The translations under genes were made by a program, and so were the position numbers. Below, piece by piece: positions 27,601 through 39,578 of a DNA stretch of 64,000 nt. This DNA is from Chrysomallon squamiferum (lineage: Eukaryota; Animalia; Mollusca). The DNA lies in the NCBI GenBank assembly GCA_012295275.1, contig CM022671.1:10664001-10728000 (forward strand), given 5' to 3'. Within the stretch, counting starts at the first letter, position 1; every line of letters begins with the position of its first letter. The notes under the pieces were generated by a model, which saw only the letters and a list, made by a program, of their open reading frames with translations, was not told the DNA's origin and did not search any database.

Positions 27601-29803
27601 ATTTCCGAGATAGCAAATAAATAATCTTTTTCTGGCATGTGCTTGACAAAACAAGAAGGTTTAAATTTCTTATTGAGTTCTCTACACAAGCAGATTAATT
27701 GGTGCTCAAGCAATCGGCTCTGATTAAACTGCTGGTGTATGTTTTTTCTATCCACAACCAAATGAACTTTGCGTAAAATTGGTTTTGATTTTTGGAATAC
27801 ACATTTATGCCATTATTTCCTATTTTAATATTTTTGTCTCATATTTAAGTTGTGCTCACTTAAGAATTTCAGTTAACAGAAACTAATTAATTTTAAACTA
27901 TGGCATACTTGTAAGTGATTCCAGGGAAATTCACTCTAGTTTTATACAGTTTTTATTTTGGTTGGTGGTGTATATTTTCAGTTTCAGAAATATCTGCCTT
28001 AAGATTGTGCATTTCCTTTGAGAAGAATACTTTTGTAGTAAATATTTTGTACATTTGCATTCTCCATGTTTGTTTTAACATTATTATTCACTACAAAGTA
28101 TGCGAAATTATTTTTCTTTTAGGGGATCCAGAACATCAGCTTTTCAACCAGAAAATATTAAAATAATTAGTAAATAATGAACATTCACCAATTATCAAAG
28201 ATACCTATTTAATGTCATTGTTTTGTGTCAAAAAGTAAATAACAGTAACAAGTTTCTATTGAATCACTCCAGACTGCCATTGAGATGACACTTAACATGA
28301 ACGCTTCTAAGACAGAGAATGCAATTTAACTTGGGAGACCAAAGATATTTCTTACCATTGTCACTAATTTTTCATGTATTCTGTTTGGCCCTGCAGTGAG
28401 TAGAAAATGAAGATCACAACTGGATTGTACCCAACAAATTTCTACCTTACAGTGGACCACGTCCAAAGAGCAACCTACAGTATGGTATGACTGAGAAATC
28501 TTTCACTTCAAAGCAAGCTTACTCACTTTGTGTGGCATGCCTTTCCATATTTATTAACAGTGTTCTGTATCCATGATTGATGCATCTTGAAAGAGAGAAA
28601 GAAAAACAAACTAATTTTTGTTTTAACACTTGCTTGTAGCTGCTAAGAACACTTTCTTCTTGTCTTATTTTCACATCCAAGTTTTTTCTTCTTTCTTCAA
28701 GTTTATAAATGCACTTCCATTTTGTTGGTTTTTTGTTTGTTTGTTTTATTCATTTACTTACAAGCTGTTGTTTGTTCATATTGAAATATAACAGCATGTG
28801 TCAGGTTATAAGAATGTTTATTAATTTAATAGTGCACTGAAATACTTCATTTATTCTATTTTTTTGTAGATTCTGAGTGATCGCTAAAACATCATATTTT
28901 TATATTTACAATCATCACAAATTAAAATATTCAAAATGTTCTTTCTCAGTTCACTATAACATTTTAAAAATTGTTCTGAAAGATGCATTCCAGAGAAAAG
29001 TTGATAGAACGATACTTAGGAAAATTGTTACAGTCAGTCATAAGTGGATGACTTAGTGAGTCATTTAACTGAATAACCCACATACAGAAAAACAAAAAAT
29101 AAAAAATAAACTTTGTTATGAACACTTTGAAAAAATTGGTTAGTTTAATTGGTTTTGAAATGCAAACTGTACTCTAAAATGTCACGGAATTCTTAAATTA
29201 GTCTGCTTTCATTGAAGGGAAATAACTCATGAATAGTGATACAATGGGAAATTAAGAAACATTTTGAGCTATTAATTTAAATTGAATAAAATCTTTAAAA
29301 TGACTTTTTTTTTTTTGCTTCAATATTTGCTATATGTGATTACTGTAAGTAGAGTGTATGAATAATCATTTTATCATCTTTTCAGGAACATTGTCATTTT
29401 CACCTGGAGACTATGTGCCCATTTTACAAAATCATAACGTATCTAAAATCATTCGACTAAATCGGAAGATGTATGATGCCAGCATCTTTAAAAGTGCTGG
29501 ATTTGAATTTTACGACCTATTCTTTGAAGACGGCAGCGTGCCGAGCGATGAAATCATCCAGAGGTTTCTGCACATATCAGAATGCCCCGGTCCCGCGATT
29601 GCAGTGCACTGCAAAGGTATAGCTTTGATATTTTCTCAGACTGGTTGAGGAATGTTTAAAACTTAAATGCTGATATTTGTTTACTAAGTAAATATTTAAA
29701 TTCATTTTCAGCGGGACTGGGGCGGACTGGCACCCTAATATGCTGCTACATGATGAAACACCATAAATTCACTGCCGCTGAAGCAATAGCAACTGGGTGG
29801 TAA
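20415..29803 (+). CDS. CDC14: CDC14 dual-specificity phosphatase, 10 exons, 3'-truncated at inversion junction (predicted 307 aa)
   Basis: GT-AG exons with consistent phases: 20415-20454, 22671-22761, 23519-23594, 24145-24237, 24470-24549, 25602-25668, 26139-26201, 26818-26908, 29386-29616, 29712-29803. The translation includes [119 protein letters not shown], then arm-derived TGW*. Confidence 0.95.
21440..22147 (-). mobile_element. Degenerate MULE/Mutator-like transposon remnant in CDC14 intron 1 (mirror at about 34114-34815)
   Basis: Frameshifted minus-strand motifs WYLP, TYF and NNDL(R)WHRF resemble MULE transposase LAYLP, YF and TNNDLEGWH. The terminal region has repeated gtgacttttt/aaaaagtcac subrepeats at 22068-22147. 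Confidence 0.45.
22671..22761 (+). CDS. CDC14: CDC14 exon 2 ([30 protein letters not shown])
   Basis: tttacag acceptor, gtaagt donor; LYF and YFS.D.E..Y motifs. Confidence 0.92.
23519..23594 (+). CDS. CDC14: CDC14 exon 3 ([25 protein letters not shown])
   Basis: DFGPLN motif; tttcag and gtaaga boundaries. Confidence 0.95.
24145..24237 (+). CDS. CDC14: CDC14 exon 4 ([31 protein letters not shown])
   Basis: [10 protein letters not shown] motif; tttcag and gtaagt boundaries. Confidence 0.95.
24470..24549 (+). CDS. CDC14: CDC14 exon 5 ([27 protein letters not shown])
   Basis: YL.KTPEEAY motif; tttcag and gtaaga boundaries. Confidence 0.95.
25602..25668 (+). CDS. CDC14: CDC14 exon 6 ([22 protein letters not shown])
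   Basis: DA.FG...LT.LDC motif; ttccag and gtaaat boundaries. Confidence 0.95.
26139..26201 (+). CDS. CDC14: CDC14 exon 7 ([21 protein letters not shown])
   Basis: GFFDF..F....YE.Y motif; 63 nt, phase 0-0. Confidence 0.92.
26818..26908 (+). CDS. CDC14: CDC14 exon 8a ([30 protein letters not shown])
   Basis: [13 protein letters not shown] motif; tttacag and gtatga boundaries; 91 nt. Confidence 0.95.
28397..28484 (+). pseudogene. CDC14: Second copy of CDC14 exon 8 (8b): [28 protein letters not shown]
   Basis: ctgcag acceptor and G|gtatga donor; 88 nt with the same 0-1 phase as exon 8a; clear homology to the CDC14 [22 protein letters not shown] segment; first codon is TGA. Confidence 0.85.
29386..29616 (+). 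CDS. CDC14: CDC14 exon 9 (catalytic domain, ...[34 protein letters not shown])
   Basis: Lies within ORF 29358..29648; contains the general-acid loop and VHCK. Confidence 0.97.
29712..29803 (+). CDS. CDC14: CDC14 exon 10, truncated ([30 protein letters not shown])
   Basis: Completes the CX5R P-loop; homology stops at 29791, where the inverted arm begins. Confidence 0.92.
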
Positions 29804-30016
29804 ACATGTTTACTCTCTCTCCATCAACTATTAATATTACACTGAGTAACAAGAGTTTACTTAAATATTATCTACACATGTTACCAGAATGTTAAATATT
29901 TACATCTTTAACTCAATCTTTTGACTTGTAAAAATACATCACTGATATTACTTATTAAAGTATAATTGTTTAGACTGAAATAGATTCAATAAGTTATATT
30001 TTTTATGGATACGTAC

Positions 30017-31566
30017 ATCGTAAAATTCTGTACTTCGAGATGTTGAAGTTACGGAAATCGAAAAATCCATTGTCCTGTGCCTAGCAATATAATAATAATA
30101 ATAATAATAACAACAATAACAACAATAATAATAATAATAACAAACAATAACAACAACACACATACAAAAACAATTAAGAAACTCACTTCTAGCGTTCAAG
30201 AAGTTTTATCACTACAAAAATAAAACCCATAATTTTCCATACTGCAAAACACTTCACTTCTCTGTTGTAATTTATTAGTGTTTAAGAAAAATATCTGCAC
30301 TAAAACTTGCAGAACCTATTTAGTCAAATAGTTATCCAGTGTAAGTTTAAATCAATGTACTATCACACAACTTTATCACAACAGTTTTTAATTGATTTGA
30401 GTTTTATTTTTTTTTATATTCTATTTAACTGATAATTTTAAACAAAATTAAATTCTGGTGAGATAATAGATTTAAAAAAAAGATATGCCAATTTATTTCA
30501 TAATAAAATTTAAGTCTGTTATAACGAGGTATTTTCAGGTGTAACATTTACTTTTTTAATTGCTTTGAAGCAATCCAGCAAGGTAAGAAAATACGAGCAA
30601 CCTCCAAATGCAGCATCCCTGGAAAATAATAAAATAAAATTATAATACTGGTTACATTACTGCATAGTTTTTAATTCTTCACAGCTATTCTTTTTTTCAA
30701 GATCTATGTACAGAAACTTTTTATGACCTTTTGAAATCCAGAGATGGAAAGTATCAATAATACAATTATTTTGTCTACTGTTTTAGTCAGATGTTTGCTG
30801 GGGGTTGTTTATTCTAAAAACACAGTTACTTTTACTGAAACAATGTTAAATGTGGGGGAAAAAAATACATTTTGTTTGATTTTATGGCAGTTATATTAAA
30901 AGTTATGATAATGTTGAATACATATGTTAAGCACAGCTTTGTTTTCAATCAAGTGGAATTATTTGATTTTTGTTATTTAAAATTTTTTAAATTATAATAA
31001 GAAAGCCACACAAACAGAAAAGCTTGATTTTAAATCACCCAACCATTTTGTTTTGTAACTACAAGACACAGAATAAGAAAATAAGCCTGAGTCAGTGTAC
31101 AACCACACTGAACTTTTTATGAAAGTCAAGGCGGACAACAGTTATAATCGAGTGTTTTGAAGAACGTACCATGAAGAAGAAAAACAAAAGTGACTTTAGA
31201 AAGCAATAAACTTTCCCCTCAATGAAATTAATGTACATGTGCATTCTAATTTATGTAGTTCCAAAAATATATAATAATAACAAAATATTGGGTAAATATA
31301 AATGACATGCATATCATCAGTGCAGTTATTAATTTAATTTGCAAATATAATTACATAATTGTTTGAATGAAAAAGTTCACTATTTATTAAGACAGCTCAA
31401 TACAGGAAATCAATATTGAGCTAGTAATTCAGCTTTGGCAGTTTCTGTGTCAGTTACATTACATCCTATCCAGGTCACATCATGTTTGAAAACAATTATG
31501 AAGAAAAGTAATTAGCATTTACAAGTGATCAATGTAACTTGTAAACAGGTTATTATTATTATTATG

Positions 31567-31609
<43 letters not shown>

Positions 31610-33888
31610 CAAACGTATACACTGAAATCCAAGATAAGTATATGAATATATAAACGATTGATCGACAAAGTATGTCTTACCTGAATGGCCGGAATGGCTG
31701 ATCTGCTGCTGCAACAAGCATGTCGTAGGCTTCTTCTGGTGTTTTATTCAAATATAGAGTCTGAAAATGGAAAATATTCAACATAAAAGGTTTTAATTTA
31801 AGCTCAGGAAATGGCGACTCTTTTTTTTCCTCTTTATTTAAATATCAGTCAAAATCTGCATTACATTCATTACATTTTTCCATTCATAAATTATGATTGA
31901 ATTGTCATAAGGTTTGCATTTGTATCAAACGTATATCTGAATACAATTTACATTATTAACAGTATCTTAGTTCAAACTAGATATATACTTACAGCATAAC
32001 AGCCAATCAAGAAGGCTGCATTGGCACGTTTTTTTGCATTATATCTGGTGTAATATACAATTTTTTTGTTTGCCAATGACAAACACTGAAAACAAAAAAA
32101 TGAACTATTAAGTGTTGTGATTATTAAATTATTTTTATTTTACATTTTTAAAACATCCTAAATATAAATGTATATTTCCCTCTAAAGTAGTAATCATTTA
32201 CAGCGTTAACAGAAATACAAAAAAAACTTTAATTTTTGAATGATAGCAAATTATCTCTATGTCAATAAAACTCTGTTATTTCTAATGGCAATATAGAATT
32301 ATTTTTAACATTTAAAGCTATACATTTTTTTCATTATGAAAAACAAGGAGTATACAAGTAGTAAAGTAACGTGTACATAATTAAGGTCTTAATTTACTTC
32401 AAAACTGAAAACTAAGAGAAAAGTTATTCATATTCTTCTTCATAAAGTTAATTTATGAAGCTGAATTTTAGTAAAAATTTCCTTTACAAAAGCCTATTAC
32501 AGTTGGTATAAACCCAGTCTGCATGGAAGCAACAAATTATCAGCACTGATCCACTCAAAGAGTGTGTAAAGATTTGTAATTCTGAGTAAAGATCATGTGA
32601 TTATCTTGGTTTGTTCTCAATTCAGTAAATTCTTACAGACATTAAGCCTTGCATCCGTTCACAAAATCGATAAACATGTCCTAAATTCAGAGGCCCAAAG
32701 TCTGAGTTGATCCTGAAACAAAGTAATGAAATAATAATAATATGCAAACAATTCAAATACAAAAGGTGGTAAATCATTATTAGTAAATTTGGGATCAAAT
32801 CTTGTTTAAACACAGAATTTTACATACTGATCATTAATCTAATCCTTTGAAAAAAACCTTTGTTATGCAAATATTCTATACACAGAACATGCTTCTATTT
32901 CAAATATTTAATTAATTTCATCATCAGTTTATGGATGTAATTGTAGAAACATTATAAAATGTGTGATCCTGAAGAAAATTGCATTTGAGTCAGATTTTCT
33001 AAAGATCTGTCAGATTTTGGGCAAACCGTACAAGAAAAGCTTATCATGTCTTTTTGGTTTCCCATCCTAACAATTAGTCTCGATATATTCGCTGTGTTTA
33101 TTTACGGACAATAATCTTTATTTTTAATTAATAAATGACAGTCTATTTTTAACAATAGATCAAAATTCTAAATTAGTCAGTAAGAAATTTAAAAAAATAT
33201 AAAAACAAATAAATTTCAATTCGAAACACCAATTTAAAATTTGCCTGAAACAAATGTTGAAATAAATATTATCTGGCTTTATGATATACAATTATGATAC
33301 CAAGCTTTTAAATACTATAATTAAGACTTTATCTGACAATGAAATGAACTTTTTAAAATTCCATTTTCAAATCCTTTAAATGATCAGTTTCTACTTCTAA
33401 ACAATAACCTGCACTATACAGAGAGAAAACACTCTACATTATTGAATCAGATCATAAATTTATACTTACTTATCATATATGTACTCATTATCTGTTGAAA
33501 AATAATAAATGTTAGAGGTTGGCTTTGGCTTCCTCTTTAAGCTTACAAAATACAAATGTCCTGTAAAATATAAATTATATCTTATATTGTTTCTCTACCC
33601 AGACTCTGAAAAAAGATTTAAAAAAAAGAAAAGGAAAAGGCACTGCACATAATTTGATACAAAGTATGTAGTAATTCTAAGTTATTAAACTATTTTTACA
33701 GTACATGTTCAAAAATTCTGTTTTTTAAATACAACTAATCATAAGAGTGAACACAAAAGTAATGGACCTTTAATGTATCAGAATGTAGATTTTTTATTAA
33801 ATAATTTGTAAAACAATTTATTGTCATTCAACTTATTTTCAATCTTATTTAAAGAAGGGGAAAGAACACTTTAAATTAGTTGTGGAGG

Positions 33889-33919
<31 letters not shown>

Positions 33920-34018
33920 CCCGTCTGTGACTGATTTAAAATCTTTGGTACCAAACTTAGTCTTCAAAAGCATGTTCAGACTTTCAATTTTCATTATTGT
34001 TATTATTATTATTATTTT

Positions 34019-34061
<43 letters not shown>

Positions 34062-35137
34062 CATTTCTATAATTGAAATAATTGTCAGTTAGTGTTTTCT
34101 TTCTTAATACAGTGGCTGGAAAAAAGTCACAGAATGAAGTCACAATTTAGTATCTACATGAAAACAAATCACACGAAAAAGTCACAAAATGTATGGATTT
34201 GTAGAGTATTGAAAGTGGCATCATAGTATGCATGGAGTAATTGTTAAGCTTATTGATTAGGTTAGATTAAAGAAAGGGGCTTCATATTGTGCAAGGGTAT
34301 TGACTTGTTACACTTATTAATTAGGATCAGGCAGGATTAGGATATATTTAAACTGAGGGCTTCCTATTGTAAATGATTTATAAAATATCCCAGGTTAAAA
34401 TGTGTTTCACTCTATAGTCTCCAGACTGTTCTACTATCAGAAGTATTTTTAATATGGAAGTTATTCATAGCAAATGGGTGATAACAAAATCTGTTATGAG
34501 GGGTTTATATATACCAAACATGCAACTTGCAAAACAAAGTAGTGGTTTAAATACGTCAAAAGATCTAGTTGCAATTGGCAGAATTTCTTTGTGGTATTGG
34601 TATCTGCCTACACCATTAATATCAAAATCGAAGACCTGTGACAAAATGTGTTTAATCAATCTTTCATTTCTAATATTTTTCTTAATTAAATATTTGTGAC
34701 TTATTTTCCTACAATCGTTAGTACATGTATATAGAGAAGTCAACAAGGTCAGATATTTAGTATGACTGATTACAACCTCTGTGAAAACAATGATCTGAGA
34801 TGGCATCGGTTTACTTCCATGGCTGTCATAAATGGTTTGAAAAAACATATTTAATAATGCTTAACAAAGAACACACAATCATCCAGTCAGCACTGACATT
34901 ATTAATAGTTTAGTCGCCTGTCACACTTTCTGGGAAACAGCACTTACTCTGAAAACAATGAGTCAACGAAACAATGAAAAGTTGGATGTATATTTTTACT
35001 CAACATTATAAATTTATAAAAAACACTAGCATTTACCTTACCTTAAAAACGCGGACCAAACCGACATAAACACAAATAATAATTTACTGTCGTTATTAAG
35101 GTTAGGTCATTCTTTAAAAATTAAATTAAATTAAAAT

Positions 35138-35175
<38 letters not shown>

Positions 35176-35862
35176 TTTATAACTGTAAAAACTGTTTTTT
35201 TCTTGTCCAACTCGACAAGTCGACCAATTACGCCAACGATAACAGAGGCAGCTAGCTGTGCTGTCGCGATTAGCGGTGTACATCATGTACTACATGCAAA
35301 ACAAAAATGTTACTGAAAACAAGTCTAGTGAACGGCACCGATCTATTTTGGGAAAAATATGTAACTTTTAATTTGCATACGTTTTGTTTATAATACAAAA
35401 ATAAATAAATAAAGATACATATACTTTTTCCGAAAAATAGATCGACGTGGCTCACTAGATTTGTTTGGATTGCATAGAACCGTTTTTGCATAAACACCGG
35501 TTATAACAGGAGTATGGCTGGCTGTGTTATCGTAGAAAACAATTATTCACAGTTTTATCACTAGCAGTATTGAAAAAGTAATAATAATAAAAGTTAGTAA
35601 AAGCTACGTTGCCAAGAGGATTATCCATTATTTCTTTATTACTTTTTTTTGGGGGGTGGGGGTTGTTATGTTTTTTTAAAGAATAAAAAAATGGGGCAAT
35701 GAGTATGATCGTGTGAATTTTTTTTTTTTTAATACTTAACTTTGACGCCTTAGTCTTGGCAACGCTTTAAAATGATGTAAATGAGATCGATTCAGTGATA
35801 GTCAATATTGATCGAAATTTACCTGGAATAAATTCACAGGCGGTCTTAGCTCTTGTAGTCAT
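30017..35862 (-). pseudogene. CDC14: Inverted partial CDC14 copy (exons 1-7 only, +1 frameshift in exon 7, no catalytic domain)
   Basis: Exons 35823-35862, 33470-33560, 32637-32712, 31993-32085, 31681-31760, 30552-30618 and 30017-30080 (64 nt against 63 nt in the left copy). Confidence 0.9.
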
Positions 35863-36110
35863 TACGACTTTGTCAATACAGCGAAGCTGCGATTTCTATG
35901 GTCCGTTTTGCTACGCAGGTATGCTTATTTATTGTCCAGCTTACTGAAGTCTTAAACCTGGAACCTTAGCAGCAGGAATCAACAGGAATCAACGAATTAT
36001 AAATTACTTTAGCTGTAGTAATAATAATGCTTTCCGCTTATAAATATTGTGAAATATACGTAAAACTGTTTTGGCATCTAGTTTAATCAGATAGAAATGA
36101 TAAACACTTA

Positions 36111-36199
36111 CACGTGACTAGCATTCAACCAATCGCTTACAAGAGCCGTCGCCGGGGACAAATTCTGGATTGACCAATCAACTGTTTGGCGGGGAAAAT
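36111..36199 (-). promoter_or_regulatory. Mirror copy of candidate CDC14 promoter
   Basis: cacgtg, two ccaat and tttggcggggaaaa are present as the reverse complement of the left copy. Confidence 0.5.
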
Positions 36200-36586
36200 T
36201 GAATAGAAACATGCAAAAGAATATAAAATAAGGTTTCGATTTTAAAGGCTGTAAACTAATTTTAAAGATAATAAACTAAATTTAATTTTCTTTACCTGGT
36301 AAATAAACAGATTAGGGTTGGGCTAAATATAATTATATTAATTCTATGTGACTTCACACAGTACACAGTGTATTAACAAAATATGTTAATAATAACAACA
36401 GTAGTAGTAGTAGCAGTAATTACTTTCAAAACATTTTGACCCAATACACAAGAAAATTTAAACCTATACCATTATAGAAATATGCATTTGTTTGTATTGT
36501 TTTTATTTTTATTTAATTTACTTATTTTATTTATTTATTTATTTGTTTGTTTGTTTGTTTGTTTGTTTGTTTGTTTGTTTTATTTG

Positions 36587-36643
<57 letters not shown>

Positions 36644-37616
36644 TAGATTGCAGCAGCTCATTAAACTAATTTCATTTAGAACAGATCTAGTTACGTGTAC
36701 ACCTGTCAGATCAGTGTCAGAATCTGAAAAGCTAGTTGATCTGACATATTTGTGAAGCAAGCTGTTAGCAGTAAAACAAAATATTGTAGCACAGTTCTTA
36801 CGGTAGTTTCACTACTTTCCAGTATTTGTTGGTACGCACTTAGTTCTGCAAGGAAACCCAAGACAAACGAAAGGTGAGCGTTTGAGCGCTAAATTCTGAG
36901 TATTATTATATTATCATTATATACTCTCTCTTCAGTCTAGCGGTTGAAATGAAAGTATATTAAATATTTTTGCATATCTTGATCACCTGAGAAAACTTTG
37001 TTATTGGTCATATCTTCTATTTGAATATTAATACATTTCATTCGCGTAAAAAAAAAATGAATAATAAAAAAGGTAAACACAATAATTTGAATAAATGAAT
37101 AATAATAAATACATAAAATGATAAATAAATAATTAACTTTAGTGACTTGCACAGAAACTATTAAAATTGATTAACTGATTAAATTATCTCCAACAGCCTC
37201 AAAACTAAATTTTAAACATTCTGATGTCAAGGTCACAGTAAATTAGAAATAATTTTATAATACAAGTGGTTTATTATCAGCGTTAATAATTGAGTTCGGA
37301 GGTGTATCCGACAAGAATGTCATTGCTTGCCGTTTGTACTGGATGTTATCTTATTATTTATTTAAGGAAAAGAATATACTGATCAACCAGAAACTGAAAT
37401 AAGTTTAGGTAGTTAATTAATAGAGATCTTTATTAAAATTAAATGATAAATCAGCAAGTTATGATGAAGTATATATGCAGGTGTGGATGGGAATGTGTAT
37501 ATATTTATGTAATATATAAATGCATGCACATATACGTATAGTCTATCAAACAGATTATATATATATAGTCTCTATTTTTGTGAAATCAATGTATTTTTCT
37601 TTTTTCTTTTCTTTTA

Positions 37617-37663
<47 letters not shown>

Positions 37664-37684
37664 ATATATATATCTATATATATA

Positions 37685-37719
<35 letters not shown>

Positions 37720-39578
37720 TTATGTTATGTCTATCCATCTGCCTATTCAGTATTTATCAGTATTGAACTGTGATTATTAAAATGTAAAAAAAATCAATAA
37801 TACATATACATATATTTGAGACCAGATATATAGGCTTATTTATAAAATAACATTCTTAAAGGGTTTCAATTGTGTTTAAGCCTAATGAAGTACATTTGTT
37901 GTTATTTTTGTACAAGTCAAACCTCTTCATTTCATTAATGTTTATTTACGATATATTAAACTGACAAAACTAATAATGAACAAGCAAGGCACAGAGTTAT
38001 AAAATGTTTTTATAATGCGCTATGTATTTTTGACAGAGTAACCTAAAACAAAACCAAAAAGTCATTTAATTATGATTTAACCCTGCAAAAAATGTAAAAA
38101 AAAATAAATAATAAATAACATTTTATAATTTTTATTCTTATTGTATATATTAGGTGCCATAACTGTACTCAGTTATGTAGTATAAAAAAAATTAATTAAT
38201 AAAATTTCAGCACCATTTTAAAAAGTGAATGTCTGAAGGCCAATATTTAATTAATACAATAAATATGTACAAACATGTTTTCATCATATTTATTCACTTT
38301 GATTCAACAATGTCATACAGAGAACATAATATAAACAAATTTATAGTTACTAAACATGAATGTTATTTGTCTTCCTTTTATCTATTTTAATAAATTAATT
38401 AATGCATATGGAATATCTTCTTTTCAATTATGCTTGATAGTTCATTTGTTTTAGAATTATCAAATAAGGCTACACCATAACAGTTGGGAAGGAAATTACA
38501 GTTTTTAAATTGTATTTAATTATATATAGTGACAGGAAATAGATTAAGCTCTAGAACAAAAAGGTACTTTTACTGTTAGACCAAGAATGGAAGCCAAGTT
38601 AAAAAAATAAATAAAATATTAACAATTGTAGCCAGGCCTCTCTTGCTAGTAAAAGCTTTGCCACATTTTGAAATGAGTAATTTTTTCCAAATTAAACAAA
38701 GATAAAACAAACTAACTATGCTGGATTAAACATAGATATATATGAAAAACAGCTTCTCTGAAGAATAATCAATTATCCATTACTTTTGTGATTATATTAA
38801 TAAATCACAAGCTTGAGATTAAACAAGTTTTTATTTCAGGTAACATACTGTTATTAAAATAATAAACAAAATAATTAAAATTATTCTTTTAAGCCCTGCA
38901 ACATAGTTATTGTGCAAAAATGTACATACTGGAAATGCTGTTTATATGAACATATTGAAGGTTTCTTTGATGTGAATATAATATGTTTAAAATCATGTGT
39001 AATATTTTACTAAAACAAATATTCAACTTCAGTAATTTTGAATTTGAATAACAGAAACAAAAGTTACTCTTAAGCATTTGAAGGATTCAGTATTGGCACA
39101 TCCAAATAAATATTCAAGAAATGTGATGATGTCACATTTGTTAGACAAATGGTATTCAGACATTCCATAGTTACTGAACATGTTATTTACAATTTTAATT
39201 TATCTATAATTTATAGGACTACCTTTATAAATACTACTTGAATCGTAGTAAAACTAAAAGATGCATTGTGATTTGGACTCTGGATGTTTATACTTTCTTT
39301 TATTTTTGAATACACGTTTATACATAAACACATAGAAACACTCATGTATACATTGCATTGCTTTAATCAAATGGTTTATAATGTATTGGTTTAATGAAAA
39401 GAAAATTGTTTTAGCTGATTTCCATTTAATTTCTGCGAATTTGCAAAGTTTTCATCTCTTATTATGTCTTAAATATTTTCCAGACAACTAGAAACTATTT
39501 AAAATTAAGATAGCAATTTCAGAAATAATAAAAATTGTGTACACAATGAAATGAAATACATTACAAAATAATAATTGC

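Larger units (their letters stand above)
26433..29791. other. Unique spacer (loop) of the palindrome, 3359 bp; holds CDC14 exons 8, 8b, 9 and the start of 10
   Basis: I found no mirrored counterpart; it is bounded by the two arm ends. Confidence 0.93.

Noticed and set aside
28123-28190. Possible degenerate second exon 7 (ag|GIQN...)
   Set aside because: Similarity is too weak, there are multiple stops, and there is no donor at the expected position.
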